Assembly: GCA_963703565.1 (NCBI GenBank)
Contig: CAVPEW010000007.1
Location: 5,240-69,239 of the forward strand
DNA from: an uncultured Microthrixaceae bacterium
Lineage (GTDB): Bacteria; Actinomycetota; Acidimicrobiia; Acidimicrobiales; VFJN01
Direction: 5' to 3'
Length of the DNA: 64,000 bases
Position 1 is the stretch's first letter. Each line of letters starts with the position of its first letter. Positions 1-9,179 of the stretch are shown one piece after another. The notes beneath the pieces were generated by a model that ran no database searches, was not told the DNA's origin, and saw only the letters and a list, made by a program, of their open reading frames with translations. A program made the translations under genes and the position numbers.

Positions 1-444
1 GAAGATGTCGACGTAGGTCCGCTCCAGCTCGCCCGGCTGGCGACCGAACGCAGGCGCCGACTCACGGGTCATCACAGCGATCACCTCGCCCCCGCGACGC
101 ACCGGGATGCACAGGACCCGCACCTGCTCCTTGATCGACGAGATCACGATCTCGTCCTCGATGATCTCTCCCAGGCGTTGCGCTCGCTCGACCAACGGCC
201 GTTCGTCACCCTCGACGACGGTTCCGATCCAGTCGGCGCGGTAGATGGTCTGGCTCGTGGTGGGGCGCACCTGTCCCAGCACCACGAATCGGCCGGAATC
301 GCCCTCCAACGGAGCGAACAGCAACAGGTCGGCGAAGCAGAAGTCGGCGAGCAACCCCCACGATGTGACGAGGCGTTGGAGGTGACCGATCCCCGGGGCG
401 CTGATCGCGGTGTGGGCGCGGGCGAGCTCGTACAGCGACGCCAT
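1..444 (-). CDS. PdtaS-like sensor histidine kinase, N-terminal GAF-type sensor region (gene continues past the window start)
   Basis: Hand translation of the minus strand from ATG at 444 gives MASLYELARAHTAISAPGIGHLQRLVTSWGLLADFCFADLLLFAPLEGDSGRFVVLGQVRPTTSQTIYRADWIGTVVEG...VRVLCIPVRRGGEVIAVMTRES...ELERTYVDIF. It is open to position 1, so it is absent from the ORF track. The LLADxxFADLLL, QVRPTT and IPVRxxGxVIAV pattern resembles the N-terminus of actinobacterial PdtaS kinases. Confidence 0.55.
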   Translation of the reverse strand, partial: MASLYELARAHTAISAPGIGHLQRLVTSWGLLADFCFADLLLFAPLEGDSGRFVVLGQVRPTTSQTIYRADWIGTVVEGDERPLVERAQRLGEIIEDEIVISSIKEQVRVLCIPVRRGGEVIAVMTRESAPAFGRQPGELERTYVDIF

Positions 445-476
445 CTCGTCGCGACCCTACCGGCGGCCCGGCGCGC

Positions 477-731
477 TCAGCGGGCCTCGGTGTCGGCGCG
501 AGCGATCTCGTACTTGGTCCAGCACACCGGGCAGTGCTGGTACATCACCTCGCGGACCAGGTCGATCCGGTCGATGTAGCCGTGCTCGCCACAGGCCGGG
601 CAGTCAGCCGGTGAACCCCACACCGCGGCGGGAGGTTCGACCGGTGGCTCGCGCAGGTCGATCACCGCGTCACCGCCGGCGGGCCCGGGCGGGCCCTCCT
701 CCTCGCTCGCCCGACGTCGCCAGCGCACCAC
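477..731 (-). CDS. small zinc-ribbon protein (hypothetical)
   Basis: 84-aa ORF with two CxxC pairs (CPACGEHGY...CPVCWTKY). It lies between the kinase gene and the ArsA pair on the same strand. Confidence 0.5.
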   Translation of the reverse strand: MVRWRRRASEEEGPPGPAGGDAVIDLREPPVEPPAAVWGSPADCPACGEHGYIDRIDLVREVMYQHCPVCWTKYEIARADTEAR

Positions 732-780
732 GGGATCCTAGGCCAACCGGTTCAGCGGTGCCGGGATCCCAGCTCGACCC

Positions 781-1974
781 TCAGGGCGCTCCCCAGAGCT
801 CCTCGCCCAGGCGTAGCAAGCCGGCCAGGTCGTACACGTCACGATCGAAGAAGGGCACCGTGGCCACGACATCCGGGGCCGCCGACAGCTCGGCGCGTGT
901 CTCCGCCTCGCGCTTGGCCACCACGGCGAAGTTGGCGAAGCTCTCCCCGACCTCGCGCAGGACGCGGGCCACCGCGGCCGGCGAGCCGAGAGCCTCGACG
1001 CTTCGGCCCCCTGCACCGACGAGCGCATCGGCGAGCGGGTCGGCACCACGCACCAGCTCGCCGGCCGCGCGGGCCGCTCCGGTATCGAGGAAGAAGGGGG
1101 GCAGCACCTTGTTGAGCACGACGGCCCCGAGGTGGAATCCCGACCGACCCAGCGCCTCGATGAAGAACTCTGCCTCGCGCAGCGGCGCCGACTCGAGGGT
1201 GGACACCACCACGAACGTGGTCCGGCGATCGCCCAGCGTTGCCGTGACCGCTCGCGACCGCTCGACGAACCCGCCGTACATCGTCTGGAACAGCAGGAAG
1301 AACTCGGCGATGTCCTCGAGGAACTTCGAGCCGAGGATCCTGTCGGCCACCGTGTAGAAGGGCCTCGAGGCGACCGACACCACCCGCGAGCGGGCCGGCG
1401 CGGTCAGCCAGCGCAACAGGCGCGACGAGAAGAAGTCGGCCATCCGCTCGGGCGCCTCCAGGAAGTCGATGGCGTGGCGGGTCGGCGGCGTGTCGACCAC
1501 GATGAGGTCGTAGCGGCCCGAGGCGTGGATCTCGTAGAGCCGCTCCATGGCTATGTAGTCGTGGCTCTGCACGAAGCGCCCGGCGATGTTCTGGTACAGC
1601 GGGTTGGCGAGGATGGCGTCGCGTGTCGCTGGGTCGGGGGCGTGCCGGCGCACCAGATCATCCCAGGACTGGCGGGTGTCGAGCATCGCCGCCCACAGCT
1701 CCCCACGTGGCTCGACGCCGGCCGCTGTGAAGGCCTCGGCAGGTACGAGGGTCTCGACGTTGCCGAACGCCTCCAGGCCCAGGGCGTTCGCAAGGCGGCG
1801 GGCCGGGTCGACCGTCAAGACGAGCACCTTTCCGCCGTGGTGCGCTGCGGCCATGGCCGCAGCCGCCGCTGCCGAGGTCGTCTTGCCCACGCCTCCCGCA
1901 CCGCAGTGGATGACGATCTCCTTGGCCGCCAGGAGCTGCTCGAGCGACGTCGCAGCACGGGGCGCGGTGGTCAC
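781..1974 (-). CDS. ArsA/Get3-like anion-transporting ATPase family protein
   Basis: 397 aa with a deviant Walker A (CGAGGVGKTTSAAA). The GTG start at 1974 overlaps the upstream stop as GTGA. Confidence 0.85.
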   Translation of the reverse strand: MTTAPRAATSLEQLLAAKEIVIHCGAGGVGKTTSAAAAAAMAAAHHGGKVLVLTVDPARRLANALGLEAFGNVETLVPAEAFTAAGVEPRGELWAAMLDTRQSWDDLVRRHAPDPATRDAILANPLYQNIAGRFVQSHDYIAMERLYEIHASGRYDLIVVDTPPTRHAIDFLEAPERMADFFSSRLLRWLTAPARSRVVSVASRPFYTVADRILGSKFLEDIAEFFLLFQTMYGGFVERSRAVTATLGDRRTTFVVVSTLESAPLREAEFFIEALGRSGFHLGAVVLNKVLPPFFLDTGAARAAGELVRGADPLADALVGAGGRSVEALGSPAAVARVLREVGESFANFAVVAKREAETRAELSAAPDVVATVPFFDRDVYDLAGLLRLGEELWGAP

Positions 1975-2930
1975 AGGCCGAGCTCCTCGGAGAGGTGCTG
2001 CGCGAGCTGGCCTGTCGCGCGCACCCCGTGGGTGCGCTGGAACAGGAACGGCACGTAGAGCACCGGAGTGCTCTCGGGCAGCTCGGCGCGAAGGCGCGCC
2101 AGGTGCGCCGCCCGGGTGCGCCGCAACGTCACCGCCAACTCGGCGCCGTCGAAGACCGCGCCGGCGGGCATGCCCAGCGCCCGGTCGAGCTCGCCGTCGA
2201 GCGGTGGGCGCCGGAGGCTCTCGAAGATCGCCTCCTCGGCTCGGCCGAACAGCTCCGGCAGGACCCGGTTGGCGACCACGGCGGCGAGGTCGACCACCGT
2301 CTCGTCCCGCAGGCGGCCCGCCAGCTCGAGCGTCTCGCTCACCGGCATCTCCTCCGGAGAGGCCACGATCACAGCGCCTGTGCGAGCGGGGTCACCGAGG
2401 ATCTCGAGCATCCAGCCCGTCTGGTCGCGAACGCGCCCGACCTGCACGAGGCCGTTGATCGCCTGCGGGGCCGAGAGCTGACCCACGATGTGGCCCGTCG
2501 CGGCCGCGTCGACCACGACCAGGTCGTAGTGACGCTCGCGCACCTCCCAGCAGAACTTGCCCACCGTCAGGATCTCCTTGACCCCCGGTGCGGCGTTGGC
2601 GACGAAGTCGAACGTGCGCGCCAGCGGTCCGAGACGCGCCATGCGGGGAACCCGCAGCTGCAGGTGCAGGTACTCGCGCAGCGACGCCTCGGTGTCCATC
2701 GACATCGCGTAGAGGCCCTCGCCGATGGCCCGCGGTGTGAAGCCGGTGGGACCGACCTCGAAAGCCGCCGCCAGGTCGCCCTTGGCGTCGACCTCGCAGA
2801 CCAGGGTGCGCTTGCCGAGCCGCGAAGCGGCCAGCGCCAGCGCGGCGCTGATCGAGGTCTTGCCGACCCCGCCCTTGCCGGTGACGAACAGCAGCCGGCG
2901 GTCGAGCAGGTCGACCCGGTCGGCCCCCAT
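1971..2930 (-). CDS. ArsA/Get3-like ATPase family protein (second paralogue of the pair)
   Basis: Contains FVTGKGGVGKTSISAALA. I chose the ATG at 2930 (MGADRVDLLDRRLLFVTGKGG). The ORF part upstream of it (to 3176) is Arg-rich and overlaps the DUF3107 gene. Confidence 0.8.
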   Translation of the reverse strand: MGADRVDLLDRRLLFVTGKGGVGKTSISAALALAASRLGKRTLVCEVDAKGDLAAAFEVGPTGFTPRAIGEGLYAMSMDTEASLREYLHLQLRVPRMARLGPLARTFDFVANAAPGVKEILTVGKFCWEVRERHYDLVVVDAAATGHIVGQLSAPQAINGLVQVGRVRDQTGWMLEILGDPARTGAVIVASPEEMPVSETLELAGRLRDETVVDLAAVVANRVLPELFGRAEEAIFESLRRPPLDGELDRALGMPAGAVFDGAELAVTLRRTRAAHLARLRAELPESTPVLYVPFLFQRTHGVRATGQLAQHLSEELGL

Positions 2931-2941
2931 CGCGCCCGGAG

Positions 2942-3169
2942 TCAGCCGAACCCGACCCGGCGGGCGTCGTCGGGCGAACCGATCTCCACGTAGGCCACCT
3001 TCGCGCCCGAGACCCCGATCTGGCGGCCGCGCCGGTCGGTCATCCACAGGGTCGAGCCGTCGCCGATGGCGTCGTCGACCTGCGCCCGCAACGCCTCGGC
3101 ATCGGCGTCGTCGGGCAGCTGAACCTCGAGCTCCTTGGGGGTCTGGGTCAGACCGATTCGGACGTCCAC
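2942..3169 (-). CDS. DUF3107 family protein
   Basis: VDVRIGLTQTPKELEVQL...GAKVAYVEIGSPDDARRVGFG matches the small conserved actinobacterial DUF3107 pattern. GTG start at 3169. Confidence 0.7.
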   Translation of the reverse strand: MDVRIGLTQTPKELEVQLPDDADAEALRAQVDDAIGDGSTLWMTDRRGRQIGVSGAKVAYVEIGSPDDARRVGFG

Positions 3170-3215
3170 GGGCCATCTCCTGTCCAACGGGTCGAACGCC
3201 AACCCTAGGCGCGCG

Positions 3216-3899
3216 CTAGTCCGCGTCCCGCCGGACACGACCCCGCCCCCGGTGCTCCCCTTCGACCTCCAGCTCGGCCGCCCACCGGGGGTGGTGCCGG
3301 TCGACGACCGAGCGCGGTACCCACCCCCTCACCATCGCCGACAGCGCGACCGGATCGGAGAGCGCTTTGGCGACATGGCCGGCCAGGACCGCTGCCAACA
3401 GCAGGGCCAGGGAGTCGTGCACGAATGTGGCGCCCGTTCGCCACGAGAGCGGGAACGGCTCGAACCACCGCATGATCGACCCCGTGGCCGCCATGACCGG
3501 CAGCGCCGCTGCCACGAACACGGCGTTGGCCTTCTGACCGGCGTTGAACTTGCCGGTGCGGTCCCGCGCCCGGCGGCCCAGCGACCGCAGCCAGTCGACG
3601 TCGTCGCCGGACCACCGGGCCAGCCGGTGCACGTCGCGGCGCAACGCCACGCGCCACGGCCCGGCGTAGGCGGCCACGAACGGCCAGGGGAGGACCAGCC
3701 CGGCGCCGACGTGGAGGTCTCTGAGCAGCGCCCGCCGACCCACCCAGCTCGACAGCGAGGGCACGTACAGGACGAACCCGGTCACCACCAGCACAGCCGT
3801 CACGGTCGCAGTGCACCAGTGCAGGGCCCGTTCGACCACGTCGAACCGCACGACGCGGCCAGAGGCGGTTCCCGCCAGCGAGCAGAGGCTCTCGCTCAC
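3216..3899 (-). CDS. cytochrome b561 / Ni-Fe-hydrogenase b-type cytochrome family membrane protein
   Basis: 227 aa with four hydrophobic helices carrying conserved His (ERALHWC, LRDLHVGAG, FVHDSL, LAGHVAKA) and FNAGQKANA. GTGA overlap with the Mo-enzyme gene at 3896-3899. Confidence 0.7.
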   Translation of the reverse strand: MSESLCSLAGTASGRVVRFDVVERALHWCTATVTAVLVVTGFVLYVPSLSSWVGRRALLRDLHVGAGLVLPWPFVAAYAGPWRVALRRDVHRLARWSGDDVDWLRSLGRRARDRTGKFNAGQKANAVFVAAALPVMAATGSIMRWFEPFPLSWRTGATFVHDSLALLLAAVLAGHVAKALSDPVALSAMVRGWVPRSVVDRHHPRWAAELEVEGEHRGRGRVRRDAD

Positions 3900-4726
3900 G
3901 AGGTCGGGTCGTCGTCGAGGCCGTTGCTCGCCCCGACCCAGGCGTCGCTGTCATAGCCACGCTGCTCCCAGTAGCCCGGGTCGGTCGGGGCATCCAGTTC
4001 GCGCACGGCTTCGATCCGCTCGAGCCACTTCAGCGACTTGTAGCCGTACATCGGCGCCACGTAGAGGCGCACGGGACCCCCGTGCTCCCGGCTGACGTCG
4101 CCGCCCTGCATGCCGTGGGCGACCAGCACGTCGGGGCGGATGGCCTGCGACAGGGTCAGGGTCTCGGTGTAGGTGCCGTCGAAGGACCAGAACCGCACGT
4201 GGGTCACGCCATCGGCGAGGCCCCCGGCGGCATCGAGCACGTCACTCACCGTCACGCCGGCCCAGTCGACGTCGCCGACTCGCCAACCCGTCACGCACTG
4301 GAAGTCGCGGGTCAGGTCACGCTGGGGCAGCCCGGCACGCAGATCGGACAGGTCGAGCGTGCGGGGACGTCGCACCAACCCCTCGACGCGCAGCCGGTAC
4401 TCCTCGGGCGAGCGCGAGGGCAGCGATCCCGTCACCGAGTAGATGCGGAACCGTCCCGCAGTCGGGACGAGCTCGGAGAGCCCGGTCGGATCGCGGCGGG
4501 CCAGCGGCTCCACGAGGTCGGACAGGCCGGACTGCAACCGGGCGCCCCACACGATCCCAGCCGCGCCCAGCCCGGCCAGACCCAGAAAGACCCGGCGCCC
4601 GATTCGGCGGTCCTCGGGGGCGAACCCGAGGTCGGCCTCCGCCGGCGTGGCCGCGGTAGGGCGCTCGGACACGCCCACCACGCTAGGGCCGGTGAAGGCG
4701 CCGCCGGTCGCGGCCCGGATCCGCAC
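3896..4726 (-). CDS. molybdopterin-dependent oxidoreductase (sulfite oxidase / YedY-MsrP-like), Tat-exported
   Basis: Twin-arginine signal (DRRIGRRVFLGLAGLGAAG) followed by FQCVTGW...WSFDGTYTETL...GGPVRLYVAPMYGYKSLKWL, typical of the oxidoreductase molybdopterin-binding fold. Confidence 0.8.
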   Translation of the reverse strand: MRIRAATGGAFTGPSVVGVSERPTAATPAEADLGFAPEDRRIGRRVFLGLAGLGAAGIVWGARLQSGLSDLVEPLARRDPTGLSELVPTAGRFRIYSVTGSLPSRSPEEYRLRVEGLVRRPRTLDLSDLRAGLPQRDLTRDFQCVTGWRVGDVDWAGVTVSDVLDAAGGLADGVTHVRFWSFDGTYTETLTLSQAIRPDVLVAHGMQGGDVSREHGGPVRLYVAPMYGYKSLKWLERIEAVRELDAPTDPGYWEQRGYDSDAWVGASNGLDDDPTS

Positions 4727-4835
4727 GCCGGCTGCGAGGCGCTACGGTCCCCTTCGTGGGCACACGAGACGAGCGCGGCGACGTCGCTGTGCTCGCCTCG
4801 CCGTGGGACGCGACACGCGAGCGCCCGCCGCTGTC

Positions 4836-5231
4836 GTGACCTGGCCCGACCCTTCCGATCCCGACCGACCGCTGCGGGTGCTCGTCGCCGACGACGAGCC
4901 CGACGTGCGCCTGCTGATCCGCCTCGGACTGCGCAACCACGACATGGAGGTCGTCGCCGAGGCAGGGGACGGCGAGGAGGCGCTCGCTGCCTGCGCCGAG
5001 CGCGAGCCCGACGCGGTCGTGCTCGACCTTCTGATGCCCCGCATGAGTGGCTTCGAGGTCATCCCCGAGCTCCGCCAGCGCCACCCCGGCGTCGGCATCG
5101 TCGCCTACACCGCGGTCGCGGGCGACTTCGTGCGACGGGAGATGGCCCGCCTCGGCATCGGCCTGGTGCTCAAGTCCGGCGATGCCGGTCCGCTGGCGGA
5201 AGCACTGCGCCGCGCCGTGGCCGCGAACTGA
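4836..5231 (+). CDS. stand-alone response regulator receiver domain protein
   Basis: LRVLVADDEPDVRLLI...DAVVLDLLMPRMSGFEVI...VAYTA...LKSG carries the DD, D, T and K receiver signature with no output domain. I chose the GTG at 4836; the upstream part of the ORF is Arg/Pro-rich. Confidence 0.7.
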   Translation: MTWPDPSDPDRPLRVLVADDEPDVRLLIRLGLRNHDMEVVAEAGDGEEALAACAEREPDAVVLDLLMPRMSGFEVIPELRQRHPGVGIVAYTAVAGDFVRREMARLGIGLVLKSGDAGPLAEALRRAVAAN

Positions 5232-5252
5232 GCGCCCAGCGGGGGCGGGCAG

Positions 5253-6092
5253 TCAGGGGACCAGGTCCAGTGGGCCTGGCTGGCGACCGAGCTCGTCGAG
5301 CAGCGGCTGGCTGTAGGCGATCCGTCCGGTGAGGCCGTCGGGCGTCGAGGTGCACAGGGCCAGCGCCGCCTCGGCCATCACCTCGATGGGTTCGTCGAAG
5401 CCGGTGCCGCCCTCGGGCACCAGTCCGTGCAGGAGCACCCCGGGTGTGACCACTCCGAGGGTCGGCGCCAGCGAGTTCACCACGACGCCGAACCGGTTCT
5501 CCTCGGCGGCCAACCCGGTGCTGAAGCGCTCGAGAGCCGCCTTGCACATGCCGTAGACGGTCCCGCCGAACTCCTCCATGGCGCCGAACGGCGGGCCCGA
5601 AGGGTGGCGCGCCGCCACCGAGGAGATGTTGAGGATCCATCCAGCCCCTCGGGCGCGCATCCCGGGCAGCACCGCCTGGGCGAGCTCGAACGGCGCGCGC
5701 ACCTGCACCTCGAACATGAGCCGGTACCGCTTCTCGGCCATGTCGATGACCGGGGCGAAGAAGGTGACGGCAGCGTTGTTGACCAGCACGTCGACAGGAC
5801 CCAGCTCCGCCTCGACGGCAGGGACGATCCCGGCGCGGTCCTCGGGCTTGGACAGGTCGGCAGCCACGGCCATGGCCCGGCCCCCGGCCGCGGCGATGCG
5901 CGCGACCGTGTCGTGGATGGTCCCCGGTAGGCGCGAGTCGGTCTGCGACTGGGTGCGGGCCACGACCGCCACTGCCGCGCCCTGCGACGCGAAGCGACGG
6001 GCGATCGCCTCGCCGATGCCCCGGCTGGCTCCGGTGACCACTGCCACCTTGCCCTTCATCGACGTGCTCGTGCTGACGTTGGCGTCGCTCAT
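5253..6092 (-). CDS. SDR family oxidoreductase
   Basis: KVAVVTGASRGIGEAIA (TGxxxGxG) plus the YGMCKAAL catalytic YxxxK motif. Confidence 0.85.
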   Translation of the reverse strand: MSDANVSTSTSMKGKVAVVTGASRGIGEAIARRFASQGAAVAVVARTQSQTDSRLPGTIHDTVARIAAAGGRAMAVAADLSKPEDRAGIVPAVEAELGPVDVLVNNAAVTFFAPVIDMAEKRYRLMFEVQVRAPFELAQAVLPGMRARGAGWILNISSVAARHPSGPPFGAMEEFGGTVYGMCKAALERFSTGLAAEENRFGVVVNSLAPTLGVVTPGVLLHGLVPEGGTGFDEPIEVMAEAALALCTSTPDGLTGRIAYSQPLLDELGRQPGPLDLVP

Positions 6093-6223
6093 GTGGATGT
6101 CCCCCTCTGATCAGTGGGCCGACACTAGGCAACGCCGGGTTGGGCGCGCGGTGGTGGTGGACCACTACGGTCTCGCCGGGGCCGACCGCGGGTCGGCGCG
6201 AGAGGGGGATCGTGGAGCGCACG

Positions 6224-7393
6224 ATGCGCGGTGCTGTAGCGGTGGCCGGAGTAGGTGAGACCACGTACTACAAGCGGGGCCAGGCTCCCGTGCCGGAGTT
6301 CGTGCTCGCGGTCGAGGCAGTCGAAGCGGCCTGTCAGGACGCTGGGATCGACGTGCGGGAGGTCGACGGCTTCAGCTCCTACAGCATGGACCGCAACACT
6401 CCCTCGCGCCTGGCTTCGGCTCTGGGCACCGACGTGCTGCGCTACTCGACGCTTCAGTGGGAGTCCGGCGGCGGCGGGGTCGCCGGCGCGGTCGGGAACG
6501 CCGCAGCCGCTGTCGCCACCGGCATGGCCGACTGCGTCGTGGTGTTCCGGGCGCTGGCCCAGGGCCAGTTCGGCCGCTTCGGGCAGGGCCGGGCGGTCGA
6601 CGCCGTCCAGGGTGAGGCGGCCATGACCGCCCCCTACGGCCTGTTCAGCCCGGCGCAGATGTTCGCCATGCGAAGCCAGCGCTTCTACTACGAGCACGGC
6701 ATCTCGCCCGAGGCGCAGAAGGCGGTTGCCATGGCCGCCTACCACCACGCCCAGAACAACCCCCGAGCGGTTATGCGGGGCAAGCCGCTCACCGCCGAGA
6801 AGTACGACGGCGCCCGCTGGATCGTCGAGCCCTACCGGCTCTACGACTGCTGCCAGGAGAACGACGGCGCCGCCGCGATGGTGCTGGTGCCCGCCGAGCG
6901 GGCCAAGGACCTGCCCCAACCGTCGGTGTTCGTACTGGGCTCGGCCATGGGCGGCGACCACCGCTCCGCCGCCGGGGTCCACAACGCGCCCCGCTACGGC
7001 ACCGCCGGGTTCACCAAGGTGGCGGAGCGGATGTGGCAGATGTCCGGGGTCGGGCCCGCCGACGTCGACGTCGTGCAGTCCTACGAGAACTTCACCGGCG
7101 GCGTGGTGATGAGCCTCATCGAGCACGGCCTCGTGCAACCCGAGGAGGCCAACGAGTTCTTCACCTTCGAGAACCTGATCGCCCCGAACGGGAAGCTGCC
7201 GCTCAACACCAGCGGCGGCAACCTCGCCGAGTGCTACATGCACGGGCTCGGCCTGCAGATCGAGGCCGTCCGCCAGCTGCGCGGGCAGTCCTGCAACCAG
7301 GTCGCCGGCGCGAGGGTCGCCCTCGCGTCGGGCGGTCCCATGGTGCCGGTGGTCAGCACGACCGTCTACGGCACTGACGAGACGAGGAGCTGA
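6224..7393 (+). CDS. thiolase-like / lipid-transfer (SCP-x type) protein
   Basis: MRGAVAVAGVGETTYYKRG...DCCQENDGAAAMVL...NTSGGNLAECYMHGL. ATG at 6224 follows AGAGGGGGA. Confidence 0.75.
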   Translation: MRGAVAVAGVGETTYYKRGQAPVPEFVLAVEAVEAACQDAGIDVREVDGFSSYSMDRNTPSRLASALGTDVLRYSTLQWESGGGGVAGAVGNAAAAVATGMADCVVVFRALAQGQFGRFGQGRAVDAVQGEAAMTAPYGLFSPAQMFAMRSQRFYYEHGISPEAQKAVAMAAYHHAQNNPRAVMRGKPLTAEKYDGARWIVEPYRLYDCCQENDGAAAMVLVPAERAKDLPQPSVFVLGSAMGGDHRSAAGVHNAPRYGTAGFTKVAERMWQMSGVGPADVDVVQSYENFTGGVVMSLIEHGLVQPEEANEFFTFENLIAPNGKLPLNTSGGNLAECYMHGLGLQIEAVRQLRGQSCNQVAGARVALASGGPMVPVVSTTVYGTDETRS

Positions 7394-7394
7394 G

Positions 7395-7826
7395 ATGGCC
7401 GCCAACCTGCTTCCCGAAGGCCTGCCGGCCCCCGCGGCGACCGACCTCGACGCCCCCTACTGGGAGGGGACCGCAGCGCACGAGCTGCGGGTGCAGCGCT
7501 GCTCGGCCTGCCGCACCTGGCAATGGGGTCCCGAGTACGTCTGCAACCAGTGCCGCAGCCGTGACCTCGACTGGGTGGCGGTGGAACCGACCGGAACCAT
7601 CTACAGCTGGGAGCGCGTCTGGCACCCGGTCCACCCGGCACTGGCCGAAGCCGTGCCCTACGTGATCGTGCTCGTCGAGCTGGCCCAGGCCGGCAACGTG
7701 CGCATGCTGGGGAACCTGGCCGGCGATCCCGCCGAACCCGTGGTGATAGGCACACCGGTCACCGCCATCTTCGAGGACCACGACGGGCCCTCGCCGTTTA
7801 CCCTGGTCCACTGGACCCGAGCCTAA
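7395..7826 (+). CDS. DUF35 OB-fold / zinc-ribbon acyl-CoA-associated protein
   Basis: CSACRTWQWGPEYVCNQCRS zinc ribbon followed by an OB-fold-like C-terminus. It starts 2 nt after the thiolase-like stop. Confidence 0.75.
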   Translation: MAANLLPEGLPAPAATDLDAPYWEGTAAHELRVQRCSACRTWQWGPEYVCNQCRSRDLDWVAVEPTGTIYSWERVWHPVHPALAEAVPYVIVLVELAQAGNVRMLGNLAGDPAEPVVIGTPVTAIFEDHDGPSPFTLVHWTRA

Positions 7827-7840
7827 GGAGGTTCGAAGAG

Positions 7841-9046
7841 ATGACGCTGACCGCTAACTCATGGCGGACCGAGACACCCGGAGACGCAGGTTGGGAGCGA
7901 TCGGCCAAGCCCGGCGCTGCCAACAAGTACTTCATGGTCTCGGCCGACTGCCACGTGAACGAGCCCTTCGACTGGCTCGACTCCCGCATCGAGGAGCCGT
8001 ACAAGCACCGGATCCCCCACATCGAGACCCGTGACGGGAACCAGTACCTCATCACCGAGGGCTGGCGGCCCCAGCTCCTGCGCACCACCGAGGCCAAGGG
8101 GCGCATGGAGGACGAGGACGTCGCCCGCTCCCAGGCCGGCTCCGATCCCGCCCAGCGCCTCGCCGATCTCGACGCCGACGGTGTCGACGTCGAGATCGCG
8201 TTCCCCAACAAGGGGCTGCTGCTGTTCGCGTCACCCGACCCGGTCTTCGTCTCGGCCATGGCCCGGGCGTGGAACCGCTGGGCTCACGAGACCTTCTCCG
8301 CCTACTCGCGGCGGATCCTGCCCATGGCGTGCATCTCCCCCGGTGACCGCGAGGGGGCCGAGGCGGAGATCAAGTGGGCCGCCGAGAACGGCTTCAAGGG
8401 CCTCGCGCTGCCGTGCAAGCCGGTGTGGGGCGGCCACGACACCGACCAGCTGAACTACAACCTGCCCGAGTTCGACTGGATGTGGGAGCTCATCTCCGAC
8501 GTCGAGCTGCCCATGACGTTCCACGTCTCGACCGGGCGCGATCCGCGGGCGTCGAAGGGCAACGGCGGTGCGGTGATCAACTACGTGGTGCACTCGTTGT
8601 CGCCCACCATGGAGCCGATGGCGAACCTGTGCGCCTCGGGCGTGCTCGAGCGCTTCCCCAAGTTGCGCTTCGCCACCATCGAGGCGGGCATCGGCTGGAT
8701 CCCCTGGGCGCTCGACGCCATGGACGAGGCCTACCGCAAGCATCACTTCTGGGTGCGTCCGAAGCTGGCCCACCTGCCCAGCGACTACTTCCGGATGCAC
8801 GGCTACGCCTCGTTCCAGGAGGACCCGGTCGGCCTCGAGCTCATCGAGGACCACGGCTTGACCGAGAACATGATGTGGGCCAACGACTACCCGCACCACG
8901 AGGGGTCCTGGCCGCACTCGGCCGCCGCCATCGAGCGCCAGATGGGCCACCTCGCCGATGCCACCCGGTCCAACGTGCTCGGCCTCAACGCCGCCCGCCT
9001 CTTCGATCTCGACCCCAGCGAGTCGCTGATCGGCTGGCGTCCCTGA
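7841..9046 (+). CDS. amidohydrolase family protein (amidohydrolase_2 / ACMSD-like)
   Basis: 401 aa with CHVNEP near the N-terminus, FHVSTG and WANDYPHHEGSWPHS. AAGGAGG lies upstream of the ATG. Confidence 0.8.
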   Translation: MTLTANSWRTETPGDAGWERSAKPGAANKYFMVSADCHVNEPFDWLDSRIEEPYKHRIPHIETRDGNQYLITEGWRPQLLRTTEAKGRMEDEDVARSQAGSDPAQRLADLDADGVDVEIAFPNKGLLLFASPDPVFVSAMARAWNRWAHETFSAYSRRILPMACISPGDREGAEAEIKWAAENGFKGLALPCKPVWGGHDTDQLNYNLPEFDWMWELISDVELPMTFHVSTGRDPRASKGNGGAVINYVVHSLSPTMEPMANLCASGVLERFPKLRFATIEAGIGWIPWALDAMDEAYRKHHFWVRPKLAHLPSDYFRMHGYASFQEDPVGLELIEDHGLTENMMWANDYPHHEGSWPHSAAAIERQMGHLADATRSNVLGLNAARLFDLDPSESLIGWRP

Positions 9047-9075
9047 GCGAGAGCGTCGTCGACCCGGGCCTGCAA

Positions 9076-9151
9076 GGGTCCGGCGACATCAGGCGGACCC
9101 TTCACGGGGCCTGTGAACGAGGGGGTGGCGGTCACCGACCGTCACCCCCTC
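9076..9151. terminator. two GC-rich hairpins between convergent genes (putative bidirectional terminator)
   Basis: GGGTCCG (9076-9082) pairs with CGGACCC (9094-9100). GAGGGGGTG (9119-9127) pairs with CACCCCCTC (9143-9151). No U-tract. Confidence 0.35.
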
Positions 9152-9179
9152 GTCGCGCCCGGGCTGGCCCCGAGGGTGG

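Noticed and set aside
731-781. GGGATCC...GGATCCC inverted repeat between the Zn-ribbon gene and the first ArsA gene
   Set aside because: The stem is only 7 bp with a loop of about 27 nt. It lies inside an apparent operon and has no U-tract, so the support is too weak to call a terminator or operator.
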